Shown here: positions 21,444 to 30,624 of the stretch, piece after piece | How positions within the stretch are numbered: the first letter of the stretch is position 1 | Layout: every line of letters begins with the position of its first letter | Origin: an uncultured delta proteobacterium | GTDB taxonomy: Bacteria; Desulfobacterota; WTBG01; CAIYCZ01; CAIRTM01 | Assembly (NCBI GenBank): GCA_963804955.1 | Contig: CAWDSQ010000007.1 | Span: 1 to 64,000, forward strand | DNA: 64,000 nucleotides | Direction: 5' to 3' | Notes under the pieces: model-generated | The model's database searches: none | What the model was told of the DNA's origin: nothing | Seen by the model: only the letters and a program-made list of their open reading frames with translations | Made by a program: the position numbers and the translations under genes

Positions 21444-22124
21444 CTATTTCTGCGTTTCGCAAATACAAGCATCCGGCGGCCGAACATACAGGGCTGACAC
21501 CAGCTCGGGCCGGCCGGCGCGTCCTGCATACTGTGCCTGAGCAAGAATTGCAAGCGTTGACGCCCGGGGAATGCCCAGATGTTCAGGAGCCAGAGTGCAG
21601 CCCTTTGCCGCGGCACAGGCTGCAATTTGCCCGTAATAGACTGCAGCGCCGATAAGCAGGGCAGGCTCAGGCAAACCCTGAACCCAGGCCACGGGATCAC
21701 ATACCGTCGCCTGCTGTACCTGCTCAAACATGCCGCCGGTGCGGCGATACAGGGATGCATAGACCTGCTGTTTGCGCGCATCAATCATGGGGCTTACCAG
21801 CCCGTCGCCGCCGGTCGCCTGACAGGCGACAACCTCAAGCGCAGGAACACCCGCAAGGGGCTTGTCAAGGGCGAACGCAAGGCCCTGGGCCGTGCTGATG
21901 CCGACCCGAAGGCCGGTAAAAGATCCAGGGCCGACCGACACGGCAACACAATCAATGGACTCGCGGGCAATACCAGTCCAGTCAAAAAGCTTGTCGATAA
22001 TCTGTAAAAGCCGCTCAGAATGATTCTTCTGACCAGAAAGCAGACATTCGGCAAGAATCCGTTCGTCATCGACCAATGCCACGCTTGCCGAAGGCGTTGC
22101 AGTATCTATGGAGAGAATCCTCAT
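21444..22124 (-). CDS. tsaB: t6A37 threonylcarbamoyltransferase complex subunit TsaB
   Basis: ILSIDTAT, HSERLL, GPGSFTGLRVG, IDARKQQVY. Confidence 0.93.
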   Translation of the reverse strand: MRILSIDTATPSASVALVDDERILAECLLSGQKNHSERLLQIIDKLFDWTGIARESIDCVAVSVGPGSFTGLRVGISTAQGLAFALDKPLAGVPALEVVACQATGGDGLVSPMIDARKQQVYASLYRRTGGMFEQVQQATVCDPVAWVQGLPEPALLIGAAVYYGQIAACAAAKGCTLAPEHLGIPRASTLAILAQAQYAGRAGRPELVSALYVRPPDACICETQK

Positions 22125-23218
22125 TTTATAAACATTCGGGTAATATCATTATAAAACACAAAAGCCATGAGCGACAGAAGCAGCACAAGCCCTATCTGCT
22201 GCGCAATCTCCATCATTTTCACATTTACGGGACTGCCCTTCACGGCCTCGATGAGCAAAAAGAAAAGATGCCCCCCATCAAGTATGGGAACGGGCAGCAG
22301 GTTAAGAACACCCAGATTGACGCTTATCATTGCCATCAGCAGAAAAAAACTCAAAAAACCCGCCTGCGCAAAATCTCCAGCAAGCTTGCCGATCAGCAGC
22401 GGGCCGCCTATATCCTTGCGCCGCTCTATGGGACTTTTGATAAGAACACCCATGCCGAGCAGCGTGAGCTTTGACCACTTGCCCGTATCTTCCAGCCCCT
22501 TCCACAGAGCGACCAGAGGATTGTAGCGCTTAACGATTTGCCCTTCTTCGCCGCCGCCGGGCGAAATGCCTATTTTATATGCCTGCACGGGCTCTCCGAG
22601 AAGATTTTTGGAAGCGGTTGACTTCGGTATGACTGAAAAAACCATCTGCTGCCCCCCCCTGCGCACTGTCAGCGCAAGCGTGCGCCCCTGGCTCTTTTCG
22701 ATCAGCTGAGAGAGTTCATCCCACAGCTCGACAGGTGTTCCATCAACCGATTCGACAAGATCTCCGACCTTCAGCCCTGCGCTCAGCGCAGGAGAATCCT
22801 CAAGCACCGCGCCGATATGCGGGGTCATCATGGGCATGCCCACCATGTAAATGCCGCTAAAAATCAAAAAGGCAAACAGCAGATTAAAGACCGAGCCTGC
22901 GGCAAGTATGGCAAAACGCTTGGGCACGCTCTGGCTGTTGAGCGAATAGGGTTTATCTGCTTCAGCAATTTCTTCATCAGGCGACTCGCCAAGAGGTTTG
23001 ACATAGCCCCCGAGGGGCAGCATCGAAATCAGGTACTCCGTCTCCCCGATTTTCCTGCCGATGAGCTTCGGCCCGAACCCCAGAGAAAACTTCAGTACGC
23101 GCACGCCAGCACATTTGGCAACAATAAAGTGCCCCAGTTCGTGTACAAAAATAAGCACCCCCAGCAGTATGGTCGCAGGAATGACATAATTCACAAAAAC
23201 ACTCAAAATGTTTTCCAC
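22121..23218 (-). CDS. rseP: RIP metalloprotease RseP
   Basis: HELGH, PDZ domain, NLLPVPILDGG. Confidence 0.95.
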   Translation of the reverse strand: MENILSVFVNYVIPATILLGVLIFVHELGHFIVAKCAGVRVLKFSLGFGPKLIGRKIGETEYLISMLPLGGYVKPLGESPDEEIAEADKPYSLNSQSVPKRFAILAAGSVFNLLFAFLIFSGIYMVGMPMMTPHIGAVLEDSPALSAGLKVGDLVESVDGTPVELWDELSQLIEKSQGRTLALTVRRGGQQMVFSVIPKSTASKNLLGEPVQAYKIGISPGGGEEGQIVKRYNPLVALWKGLEDTGKWSKLTLLGMGVLIKSPIERRKDIGGPLLIGKLAGDFAQAGFLSFFLLMAMISVNLGVLNLLPVPILDGGHLFFLLIEAVKGSPVNVKMMEIAQQIGLVLLLSLMAFVFYNDITRMFIK

Positions 23219-23241
23219 TGCCGCTTTGTTCCTTTCTGTGT

Positions 23242-24411
23242 TTAGTTCTTTCTGCCGGAGAGCTGCTGAGCAGCTCGTGCGGCTTCGTGGCGGGCCCAGC
23301 GGTCGGCATCAAGCACCGCTTCCATGCTGTCGGAAGACCCGCCGGTATAGGCATCCATAACCATTTCAATCAGCTGCGCGATTGCCGTAAAAGATATCGC
23401 ACGCTCATGAAATTTTTCAACCCCCACCTCATTGGCCGCGTTCATGACTGCGGGCATGAGTCCGCCGGACTGCAAAGCCCGATACGCAAGCCTGATTGTG
23501 GGAAAGCATTCCATGTCCGGCTCAAAAAAACTCAAAGAACCGATACGGGCAAAATCAAGGGGCGTCACGATATCCTGCAAACGCTCAGGGCATGACAGCG
23601 CATAGGCTATCGGCGCCCTCATGTCCGGCTGCGACAGCTGCGCAAGAACAGTTCCGTCCACAAATTCGATCATCGAATGAATGATGCTCTGCGGATGCAC
23701 GACCACGCCGATCTGCTCGGCGGGCATTCCAAACAGCCAGTGCGCCTCAATGATCTCCAAACCCTTGTTCATAAGAGTAGCCGAGTCGGTCGTGACCTTA
23801 CGCCCCATTTTCCAGCGCGGGTGGTTGAGCGCCTGCTCAGGTGTGACCTGTTCAAGCTCTTGCCTGCCGCAGCCGAGAAACGGTCCGCCTGATGCCGTGA
23901 GCACTATCCGCCGGACATCCTGAAGGCGTCTGCCTTCCAGCAGCTGAAAAATAGCGCTGTGCTCGCTGTCGACAGGAATGATGCGGCAACCCCGCTCCTG
24001 CGCAGCACGCGTGATGAGGCTGCCGGCCATGACCATAGTTTCCTTATTGGCAAGGGCTACGTTTTTTCCCGAGCGCAGAGCGCTGTAAGTAGGCACGAGG
24101 CCCGCAGACCCCGCAATGGCGGCAACAACCATATCGGCTTCATCCATGGTGGCAACCACGGTTGCGCCTTCGATGCCGTCACATACTTCAGTGCCGCCGG
24201 AACCGACGAGCTGTCTGAGCCGTGCGGCAGCGGCAGGATCTGAAAGCGCCACCAGCCGCGGATGGAACTCCCGCACCTGTTCGGCAAGGAGCTCAACATT
24301 GCCGCCTGCGGCAAGGCCTGCAATCCGGTAGTGGTCCGGATACCTGCGCACCACATCAAGGGTGCTCGCGCCGATAGAGCCGGTAGAGCCTAGAAGAGCA
24401 ATCTGCATCAT
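23242..24411 (-). CDS. dxr: 1-deoxy-D-xylulose-5-phosphate reductoisomerase
   Basis: LLGSTGSIG, LANKE, PVDSEHSA, NKGLE.IEA. Confidence 0.96.
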   Translation of the reverse strand: MMQIALLGSTGSIGASTLDVVRRYPDHYRIAGLAAGGNVELLAEQVREFHPRLVALSDPAAAARLRQLVGSGGTEVCDGIEGATVVATMDEADMVVAAIAGSAGLVPTYSALRSGKNVALANKETMVMAGSLITRAAQERGCRIIPVDSEHSAIFQLLEGRRLQDVRRIVLTASGGPFLGCGRQELEQVTPEQALNHPRWKMGRKVTTDSATLMNKGLEIIEAHWLFGMPAEQIGVVVHPQSIIHSMIEFVDGTVLAQLSQPDMRAPIAYALSCPERLQDIVTPLDFARIGSLSFFEPDMECFPTIRLAYRALQSGGLMPAVMNAANEVGVEKFHERAISFTAIAQLIEMVMDAYTGGSSDSMEAVLDADRWARHEAARAAQQLSGRKN

Positions 24412-25235
24412 ACGGGAAGTGCCCTGCTTACATAGTAATAAAGAAAGGGCGCAGCAAAAAGAAGGCTGTCAATGCGATCCAGAACGCCACCATGGCCGGG
24501 GAACAGCTTGCCGGAATCCTTTACACCACAGGCCCGCTTGATAAACGACTCGCTCAGATCACCGAACTGGTTCATAATATTCAGGCCTATGCCTATCGTG
24601 AAGCAGTGCCCCAGTGACAGGTTCTGAAGGAAAAAAAGCTTAAAAACCACCGCAGTCAGCACACCGCACACAAGCCCGCCGAGCGCTCCTTCAATGGTCT
24701 TTTTAGGGCTGATGCGCGTTGAAAGACGATGCTTGCCCATCCAGGATCCAAAGGCGAATGCGCCGGAGTCCCCTGCCCAGGCCACAAGCACAAGCAGAAA
24801 AATAAGCGTGACACCATCGGGGCGGCCCCGCAGCAGCACCAGATACGAGCCGAGAAAAGCAACGTACATGATGCCGCAGAACTGCGCCATAACTATCATG
24901 GAGGCATCACGAAGCGGCGCCGAGCGTCTGCCCATGTGATACCAGAACAACACAGCAAAACTCAGAGCGCATGCAGCGGGCAGTATGCTCCGGCAGGCAA
25001 GCACGGCAACATCCGCATCATGATAGGCGCCTGCAAGAACCGCCGCACCCAGGACAAGGCCGAGACCGACCGTTGCGCGCGACGCCGCAGGCAGGGCCAT
25101 TTTAAAAAACTCCCACAGCCCTGCAAGCAGCACGGCAAGAATAAACAGAAAAAAAACAGCCGTGCCGCAAAAGGCAACTATATACACAACCACAGGTATG
25201 CCCACTGCCGCTGTCAGTATGCGCTTTGAAACCAT
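24408..25235 (-). CDS. cdsA: Phosphatidate cytidylyltransferase
   Basis: ISPKKTIEG, GDLSESFIKR..GVKDSG..FPGHGGVLDRIDS. Confidence 0.95.
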   Translation of the reverse strand: MVSKRILTAAVGIPVVVYIVAFCGTAVFFLFILAVLLAGLWEFFKMALPAASRATVGLGLVLGAAVLAGAYHDADVAVLACRSILPAACALSFAVLFWYHMGRRSAPLRDASMIVMAQFCGIMYVAFLGSYLVLLRGRPDGVTLIFLLVLVAWAGDSGAFAFGSWMGKHRLSTRISPKKTIEGALGGLVCGVLTAVVFKLFFLQNLSLGHCFTIGIGLNIMNQFGDLSESFIKRACGVKDSGKLFPGHGGVLDRIDSLLFAAPFLYYYVSRALPV

Positions 25236-25312
25236 ATTCTTCCTTTAAAAAAAACAGAGATGCCGCGCAGGAAAGCAGCTGCTGAAACGCACCTCGCGGC
25301 AGGCATCTGGTG

Positions 25313-26047
25313 TCAGCCCTTGCGCATCTGCTCGTCGGTAAGGCCAAAGCGGCGCCTGCGGCTCTGAAAATCACGAAGTGCTTTATTGAGATCTTTTTTC
25401 GCGAAATCCGGCCACAGCACATCAGTAATATACAGCTCCGAATAGGCAATCTGCCACAGAAGAAAATTGCTCACCCGAAGCTCGCCGCTGGTGCGGATAA
25501 GCAGGTCGGGGTCAGGCTGCCCTGCAGTGTCAAGACAGCTTGAAAAAAGCTCCTCGGTTATGTCTGCGGCCTGCCTGCCGCGCTCTGCAACAAGCATGCG
25601 CACGGCGCGCAGTATATCATCGCGCCCGCTGTAGCTGAGTGCCACATTGAGCGTCATACCCGTATTATTCGCCGTTACATCCATGATCTCCCTGACTGCG
25701 GGCATGACGTCATCGGGCAGCTTGGAAAGATCGCCTATCATAGTAACGCGGATATTATTCTGGTGCAGCTCAAGCATTTCAGAGCGGATAAATTTTTTCA
25801 AAAGCCCCATAAGCGCCCTGATTTCCGCTTTCGGGCGGCGCCAGTTCTCGGTTGAGAATGCGTACAGGGTCAGAACCTCGATGCCCAGCTTCCTGCATTC
25901 GCGCACTACTTCACGCACCGCCTCAATGCCCTTGCGGTGCCCCATGATGCGAGGCAAATGGCGCTGCTGCGCCCAGCGGCCATTGCCGTCCATAATGATG
26001 GCTATATGCCGCGGAAGTTTCTCTGATTGCAAGTGCCCTTTGTCCAT
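25313..26047 (-). CDS. uppS: Undecaprenyl diphosphate synthase
   Basis: HIAIIMDGNGRWA, YAFSTENWRRP, DLLIRTSGELRVSNFLLWQ. Confidence 0.95.
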   Translation of the reverse strand: MDKGHLQSEKLPRHIAIIMDGNGRWAQQRHLPRIMGHRKGIEAVREVVRECRKLGIEVLTLYAFSTENWRRPKAEIRALMGLLKKFIRSEMLELHQNNIRVTMIGDLSKLPDDVMPAVREIMDVTANNTGMTLNVALSYSGRDDILRAVRMLVAERGRQAADITEELFSSCLDTAGQPDPDLLIRTSGELRVSNFLLWQIAYSELYITDVLWPDFAKKDLNKALRDFQSRRRRFGLTDEQMRKG

Positions 26048-26191
26048 GTCGCCCCTGTGTGCAATACCAGTCAAGTACGGTATCATAAAAGCAAAGGCTG
26101 CTCAAGGGTTTTCCGAGCGCATGAATATCAAAGGAGCCTGAACAGATGCATGAATATGGTATGTGTATGACGAAAATGTGGGAAAAATGAG

Positions 26192-26220
26192 GCCTGCGCC
26201 GGAAACCGTCCGGCGCAGGC
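26192..26220 (-). terminator. GC-rich hairpin downstream of the ferredoxin gene
   Basis: 12-bp perfect stem GCCTGCGCCGGA/TCCGGCGCAGGC. Confidence 0.55.
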
Positions 26221-26234
26221 ATGATGAACGGTAG

Positions 26235-26402
26235 TTATTCAACTATTGCTTCGGTGGGGCATACGGATGCGCACGTGCCGCAGCCCGTGCAGATGTTTTC
26301 ATCAATCTCAAACTTGCCGTCGCCTTCCTTGATGGCCTCGACGGGGCATTCCTCGGCGCAGGTGCCGCAGGAAACACAGTCATCGGTAATCTTGTACGCC
26401 AT
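26235..26402 (-). CDS. 2x[4Fe-4S] ferredoxin, 55 aa (not in ORF track)
   Basis: MAYKITDDCVSCGTCAEECPVEAIKEGDGKFEIDENICTGCGTCASVCPTEAIVE; two CxxCxxCxxxCP motifs; AAGGAG RBS. Confidence 0.93.
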   Translation of the reverse strand: MAYKITDDCVSCGTCAEECPVEAIKEGDGKFEIDENICTGCGTCASVCPTEAIVE

Positions 26403-26416
26403 GGCATCTCTCCTTG

Positions 26417-26974
26417 TTAAATTTCGAGTATCTCTTTTTCTTTCTGCGCAGAAAGGTCATCGCACTTTTTTATATATTCGTCGGTAACCTTCTGCACTTC
26501 ATCCTGGGCTTTAAAAAAAGCGTCTTCCGTAATCTTTTTATCGTTCTTGAAAACTTTAAGCTCATCATTAATATCTCGGCGCTGATTGCGGATGGCGACC
26601 TTTGCCGCCTCTGCCATCTTTTTCACCTGCTTGGCCAACTCCTTGCGCCGGTCCTCGGTCAGTGGCGGAATATTAACACGAAGGATCTTGCCGTCGTTGT
26701 TGGGCGTGAACCCCAGATCCGCCTTCTGAATCGCTTTTTCGAGCTCCTTGAGAATCGATTGATCCCAGGGCTGAATCGTTATCTGCCGCGCCTCGGGAAT
26801 GGCAAGCGTTGCCAGCTGATTGAGCGGCGTCGGCGTGCCGTAATAGTCGACCCGCACGCCGTCGAGCAGCGTTACGGATGCACGGCCCGTGCGAACCTTG
26901 CTGAAATCCTTCTGCAGCGCCTCGATGCTCTTGTCCATCTGCTGCCGGGCTTTGCTGATCGCTTCCTTATCCAT
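26417..26974 (-). CDS. frr: Ribosome recycling factor
   Basis: VRTGRAS, VDYYG.PTPL, IPPLTEDRRKEL. Confidence 0.97.
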   Translation of the reverse strand: MDKEAISKARQQMDKSIEALQKDFSKVRTGRASVTLLDGVRVDYYGTPTPLNQLATLAIPEARQITIQPWDQSILKELEKAIQKADLGFTPNNDGKILRVNIPPLTEDRRKELAKQVKKMAEAAKVAIRNQRRDINDELKVFKNDKKITEDAFFKAQDEVQKVTDEYIKKCDDLSAQKEKEILEI

Positions 26975-26981
26975 ATAAGTA

Positions 26982-27707
26982 TTACCCCCGTATAAAAGTC
27001 CCTATTTTTTTTCCCTGTACCGCCTTGTATATGTTGCCCGTGACATTGAGGTCAAAAACAATAATGGGCATCTTGTGCTCCATGCAAAGCGTAATTGCCG
27101 TAAGGTCCATTATGCGAAGCTTGCGGCTGAGCACATCCTGATAGGTCAGCTCGACAAACCGCTTGGCATCCGCGTGCTTGACCGGGTCTTTATCGTACAC
27201 CCCGTCGACCTTGGTTGCCTTGAGAATCACCTCGGCGTTCATTTCCTGCGCGCGCAGGGCTGCGGCCGTATCCGTCGTAAAAAAAGGATTGCCCGTGCCT
27301 GCTGCGAATATCACCACCCGCTTCTTCTCAAGATGATGTATTGCCCGGCGGCGGATATAGGGCTCGGCTATCTGGCGCATCTGAATGGCTGACATGACCC
27401 GCGTGGGCACGCCGTCTTTTTCAAGATACTCCTGCAGCGCAAGGCTGTTGATGATTGTTGCGAGCATGCCCATATAGTCGGCATTGGCCCGGTCCATCCC
27501 TTTTGAGCTTTCGGATATGCCCCTGAAGATGTTGCCGCCGCCTATGACGATTGCGATTTCCGTACCAAGGGAATGCACATGCCTGATATCATCGGAGATC
27601 TTCTGAAGCGCTGCAAGGTCGATGCCATAGGACTTGCCGCCCTTGAGCACTTCGCCGCTCAGCTTCAGCATCACGCGTTTGTAACCGCATCTTTTGCTTA
27701 CTGCCAT
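26982..27707 (-). CDS. pyrH: UMP kinase
   Basis: [31 protein letters not shown]. Confidence 0.97.
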   Translation of the reverse strand: MAVSKRCGYKRVMLKLSGEVLKGGKSYGIDLAALQKISDDIRHVHSLGTEIAIVIGGGNIFRGISESSKGMDRANADYMGMLATIINSLALQEYLEKDGVPTRVMSAIQMRQIAEPYIRRRAIHHLEKKRVVIFAAGTGNPFFTTDTAAALRAQEMNAEVILKATKVDGVYDKDPVKHADAKRFVELTYQDVLSRKLRIMDLTAITLCMEHKMPIIVFDLNVTGNIYKAVQGKKIGTFIRG

Positions 27708-27735
27708 GACAGTCTACCCCTCCGGTGTTAGAGCC

Positions 27736-28335
27736 TCAGGCGCTTTCACCCAGCTTAAAACGGGCAAAGCGGCCCACACTGATGTTTTCGCCAAACTTTG
27801 CAATGCCGGATTTAATATAGTCCTGCATGGTCATCTTGTCGTCTTTGACATAGGGCTGATCAAGCAGGCATATCTCGGAATAGAATTTCTGCAGCTTGCC
27901 TTCGACAATCTTCTCGATCACATTGGCGGGCTTGCCTGAGCCTTCAGCCTGGGAACGATAAATCTGGCGCTCCTGCTCAAGCACATCGGCGGGAACCTCT
28001 TCCCTGCTGATGTAGCGGGGCGCCGCCGCCGCAATCTGCATGGCGATGTCCCTGCCGAATTCGATAAACTCGGCGCCGCGGGCAACAAAATCGGTCTCGC
28101 AAAAAACCTCCACGAGAATGCCCAGCTTATCGCCGGGGTGGATATAGGACACCACGCGGCCGTCCTTGAGCTGCCGGTCCATCTTCTTGGAAGCCGAGGC
28201 GATGCCCTTTTCACGCAGGTAAATGATAGCCTTTTCCATGTCGCCGTCGGTTGCCTGCAGCGCATTGCGGCAATCCATCATGGGTGCTGCTGTTTTATCA
28301 CGCAATTCCTTTACTGATTTTGCATCAACTGCCAT
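27736..28335 (-). CDS. tsf: Elongation factor Ts (short form)
   Basis: VKELRDKT.A.MMDC, CETDFVAR; lies between rpsB and pyrH. Confidence 0.95.
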   Translation of the reverse strand: MAVDAKSVKELRDKTAAPMMDCRNALQATDGDMEKAIIYLREKGIASASKKMDRQLKDGRVVSYIHPGDKLGILVEVFCETDFVARGAEFIEFGRDIAMQIAAAAPRYISREEVPADVLEQERQIYRSQAEGSGKPANVIEKIVEGKLQKFYSEICLLDQPYVKDDKMTMQDYIKSGIAKFGENISVGRFARFKLGESA

Positions 28336-28404
28336 AACCGTTTCTCCTTACGGATAATTTATATTCGTGTGTTTAGTGGCTGAACGAAAATCTCAAGCCA
28401 TTGA

Positions 28405-28510
28405 TTTGTTGGGTTCGCCCGTATGCCGGCACTTCTTCATAAGCATTTTTTACGCAGGCTGGGTTGAGGTACGAGACCCAACGGTTTCTTCCGGGATTAA
28501 CCCGACCTGC
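28405..28510. repeat. REP-like intergenic element (similar copy at 52906-53010)
   Basis: Shares TTTGTTGGGTTCGCCC at the left end and TCCGGG.TTAACCC.ACC at the right end with 52906-53010. Confidence 0.55.
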
Positions 28511-28584
28511 AAAAAATTCCGTTCAGGCACTGCTTAAAAATCCCGCCTTCAGGCTGCGTATCAATCACATGAGTCTTTGGCCGC

Positions 28585-29334
28585 TTATTCCGCATCCTTG
28601 TCAGGCACGTCGGCCTTACGTGAAGAGGCCTGCTGCATAATGATTGCATCGCGCCTGCTCTCGCCTTCAATGCACGCGTCGGCGATCTTGGAGCTGAAAA
28701 GCTTGACGGCCCGGATCGCATCATCATTTGCCGGGATGACATAATCAATTTCTTCAGGATCGGAATTCGTATCAAGCAAAGCCACCGTGGTAATGCCGAG
28801 CTTGCGGGCTTCGGAAACCGCTATTTTTTCTTTTTTGGGATCAACAATAAAAAGCACCTCGGGCACTTCCTGCATGCTGCGGATGCCGTTAAAAACATAG
28901 TTGAGCTTTTCGAGCTCCCGCTCCAGGCACAGAACCTCTTTTTTCTTAAAATTGGCAAAGGTGCCGTCTTCGCGCTGCTGCTCAAGCATCTTCATGCGCT
29001 CAAGGCTTTTGCGCACGGTCTGGAAATTGGTTAGCAGGCCGCCCAGCCACCGGTTGGTGACGGAAAACTGGCCGGAGCGTTCGGCCTCTTCCTTGATGGC
29101 CTCCTGCGCCTGACGCTTCGTGCCGACAAACATGACCTTACCGCCATGGGCGACAGTATCGACAACAAAATCATAGGCCTGCTTGAACAGAACAACTGTC
29201 TGCTGCAGATCGATAATGTGGATGCCGTTGCGAGCCCCGAAAATATAGGGCTTCATTTTGGGGTTCCATTTGCTGGTCTGGTGTCCGAAGTGAACACCTG
29301 CTTCGAGAAGCTGTTTCATGGTGGTATTCGACAA
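28585..29334 (-). CDS. rpsB: 30S ribosomal protein S2 (probable TTG start)
   Basis: [45 protein letters not shown] before the TTG. Confidence 0.96.
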   Translation of the reverse strand: MSNTTMKQLLEAGVHFGHQTSKWNPKMKPYIFGARNGIHIIDLQQTVVLFKQAYDFVVDTVAHGGKVMFVGTKRQAQEAIKEEAERSGQFSVTNRWLGGLLTNFQTVRKSLERMKMLEQQREDGTFANFKKKEVLCLERELEKLNYVFNGIRSMQEVPEVLFIVDPKKEKIAVSEARKLGITTVALLDTNSDPEEIDYVIPANDDAIRAVKLFSSKIADACIEGESRRDAIIMQQASSRKADVPDKDAE

Positions 29335-29647
29335 GGTGTGTCTCCTTTTCTGTGGCATGACCGTGTCCATTGACCGCTGGCGCGGCGCAACAGGAACCTT
29401 TCATAAGGCCCTTTAACGGTTACATACCTGGTTTCGGGTTATTGGTCTATGCTCCCTGTATGTTTTATAGTTTACAGGATGCAAACAAAAACGAATTTTT
29501 TTACCACACTGCCGGATTTTTCGCAAGGAATATTTAATACGCTATTAATTCCTCCAAAACGTTAAAAAATGAATAAAGCCATGGGGCACACATTACGCAC
29601 CGAAGGGATACAACATATTAAAAGCAGTATAGCCGGACACGCATCGC

Positions 29648-30055
29648 TTAGTCCGGCCTACAAGCTACATGTGCTCTTTTAGCAACTACCTCACCCAATT
29701 TATTTACTTCAGGGCGTTCAATAAGTACTTTATTTGCTCTGTCGATATAATCTTCAATAGAATGCCTTGAGTTGGGATCGCCGAATTCATCTTTTGTATT
29801 ATCGCCGTCATCAATAAATGCTAGTGCCACCAGTACCTTATAATCAACACGGGCAGACAATTCCGGCAATTTTACTAAATTTTTTTGTAAATCTTTCAGA
29901 ACACCTATATAACTACTTCCGAGAGAACCTGTCTGAAGGGCATGCTCCCACCAGGATCGAGGGACCCGCATAGAAAGAAATGCAAGGATAATTTTGGCAT
30001 TCTCTTCCAAATTATTCCCAAGATGCTGGCCCAGACTTTCATACCAAAGGCTCAT
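29648..30055 (-). CDS. Hypothetical protein (AT-rich), about 135 aa
   Basis: Open frame starting MSLWYESLG with a GAGAGGG RBS; no recognised motif. Confidence 0.5.
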   Translation of the reverse strand: MSLWYESLGQHLGNNLEENAKIILAFLSMRVPRSWWEHALQTGSLGSSYIGVLKDLQKNLVKLPELSARVDYKVLVALAFIDDGDNTKDEFGDPNSRHSIEDYIDRANKVLIERPEVNKLGEVVAKRAHVACRPD

Positions 30056-30125
30056 ATCAATCCCTCTCATTTTTCTTGTCACTGTCTTTGGCTGTTGCAC
30101 GGGTTCTGATTTCTTGCAAGTGCAG

Positions 30126-30470
30126 TTATTTTTCAACTGGATTGTCCTGGGGAAGCGTCCCATTCCTGAGACGGTTTTCATATGACTCTGACTCCTTGCA
30201 GCGATTGATGATAGTTGTAGCTTCAATTGGTGCTCCCATCGTCCAGTACAGTAATCCATCTTCCGCGAAGTAGGTGAGCACGCGTTGGTAAAAGCGTTGC
30301 TCTGTACCGTGTTGACGGATGTGGCGAACCAAAGCTTCGAAGAGCGCTCTGTCAACCCGTTCTCGAACTATATATTCGTGGGGCCATTCCGGCATCGTCT
30401 TGGCGAAAGTCCATTTCGAGGAAGCGATAAAATCCCTCAAAGCTTCAGGCAATGGAGCGGAATCACTCAT
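30126..30470 (-). CDS. Hypothetical protein
   Basis: 114-aa ORF with WTFAKTMPEWPHEYIVR and YWTMG...TTIINR. Confidence 0.65.
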   Translation of the reverse strand: MSDSAPLPEALRDFIASSKWTFAKTMPEWPHEYIVRERVDRALFEALVRHIRQHGTEQRFYQRVLTYFAEDGLLYWTMGAPIEATTIINRCKESESYENRLRNGTLPQDNPVEK

Positions 30471-30507
30471 TGTTCAAATTTTCCGTTGGATTTGATTTAA
30501 GAACAGT

Positions 30508-30594
30508 CGGTTGGGCAAAGTGAAACGTGCCCAACAAACTATGATAATGCAATCGTAATTAATGCCGGGCACGCTACGCTTTGCCCAGCCTGCG
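30508..30594. repeat. Inverted pair of REP-like palindromes
   Basis: GTTGGGCAAAGTGAAACGTGCCCAAC and GGGCACGCTACGCTTTGCCCAGCC are imperfect hairpins in opposite orientation. Confidence 0.55.
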
Positions 30595-30624
30595 AACTAC
30601 GGACTTCCGTATAGCCGCTTGGGG

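Noticed and set aside
27736..28335. 199-aa EF-Ts as a truncated gene
   Set aside because: Short EF-Ts forms are established in several lineages, and the ORF has normal ends.
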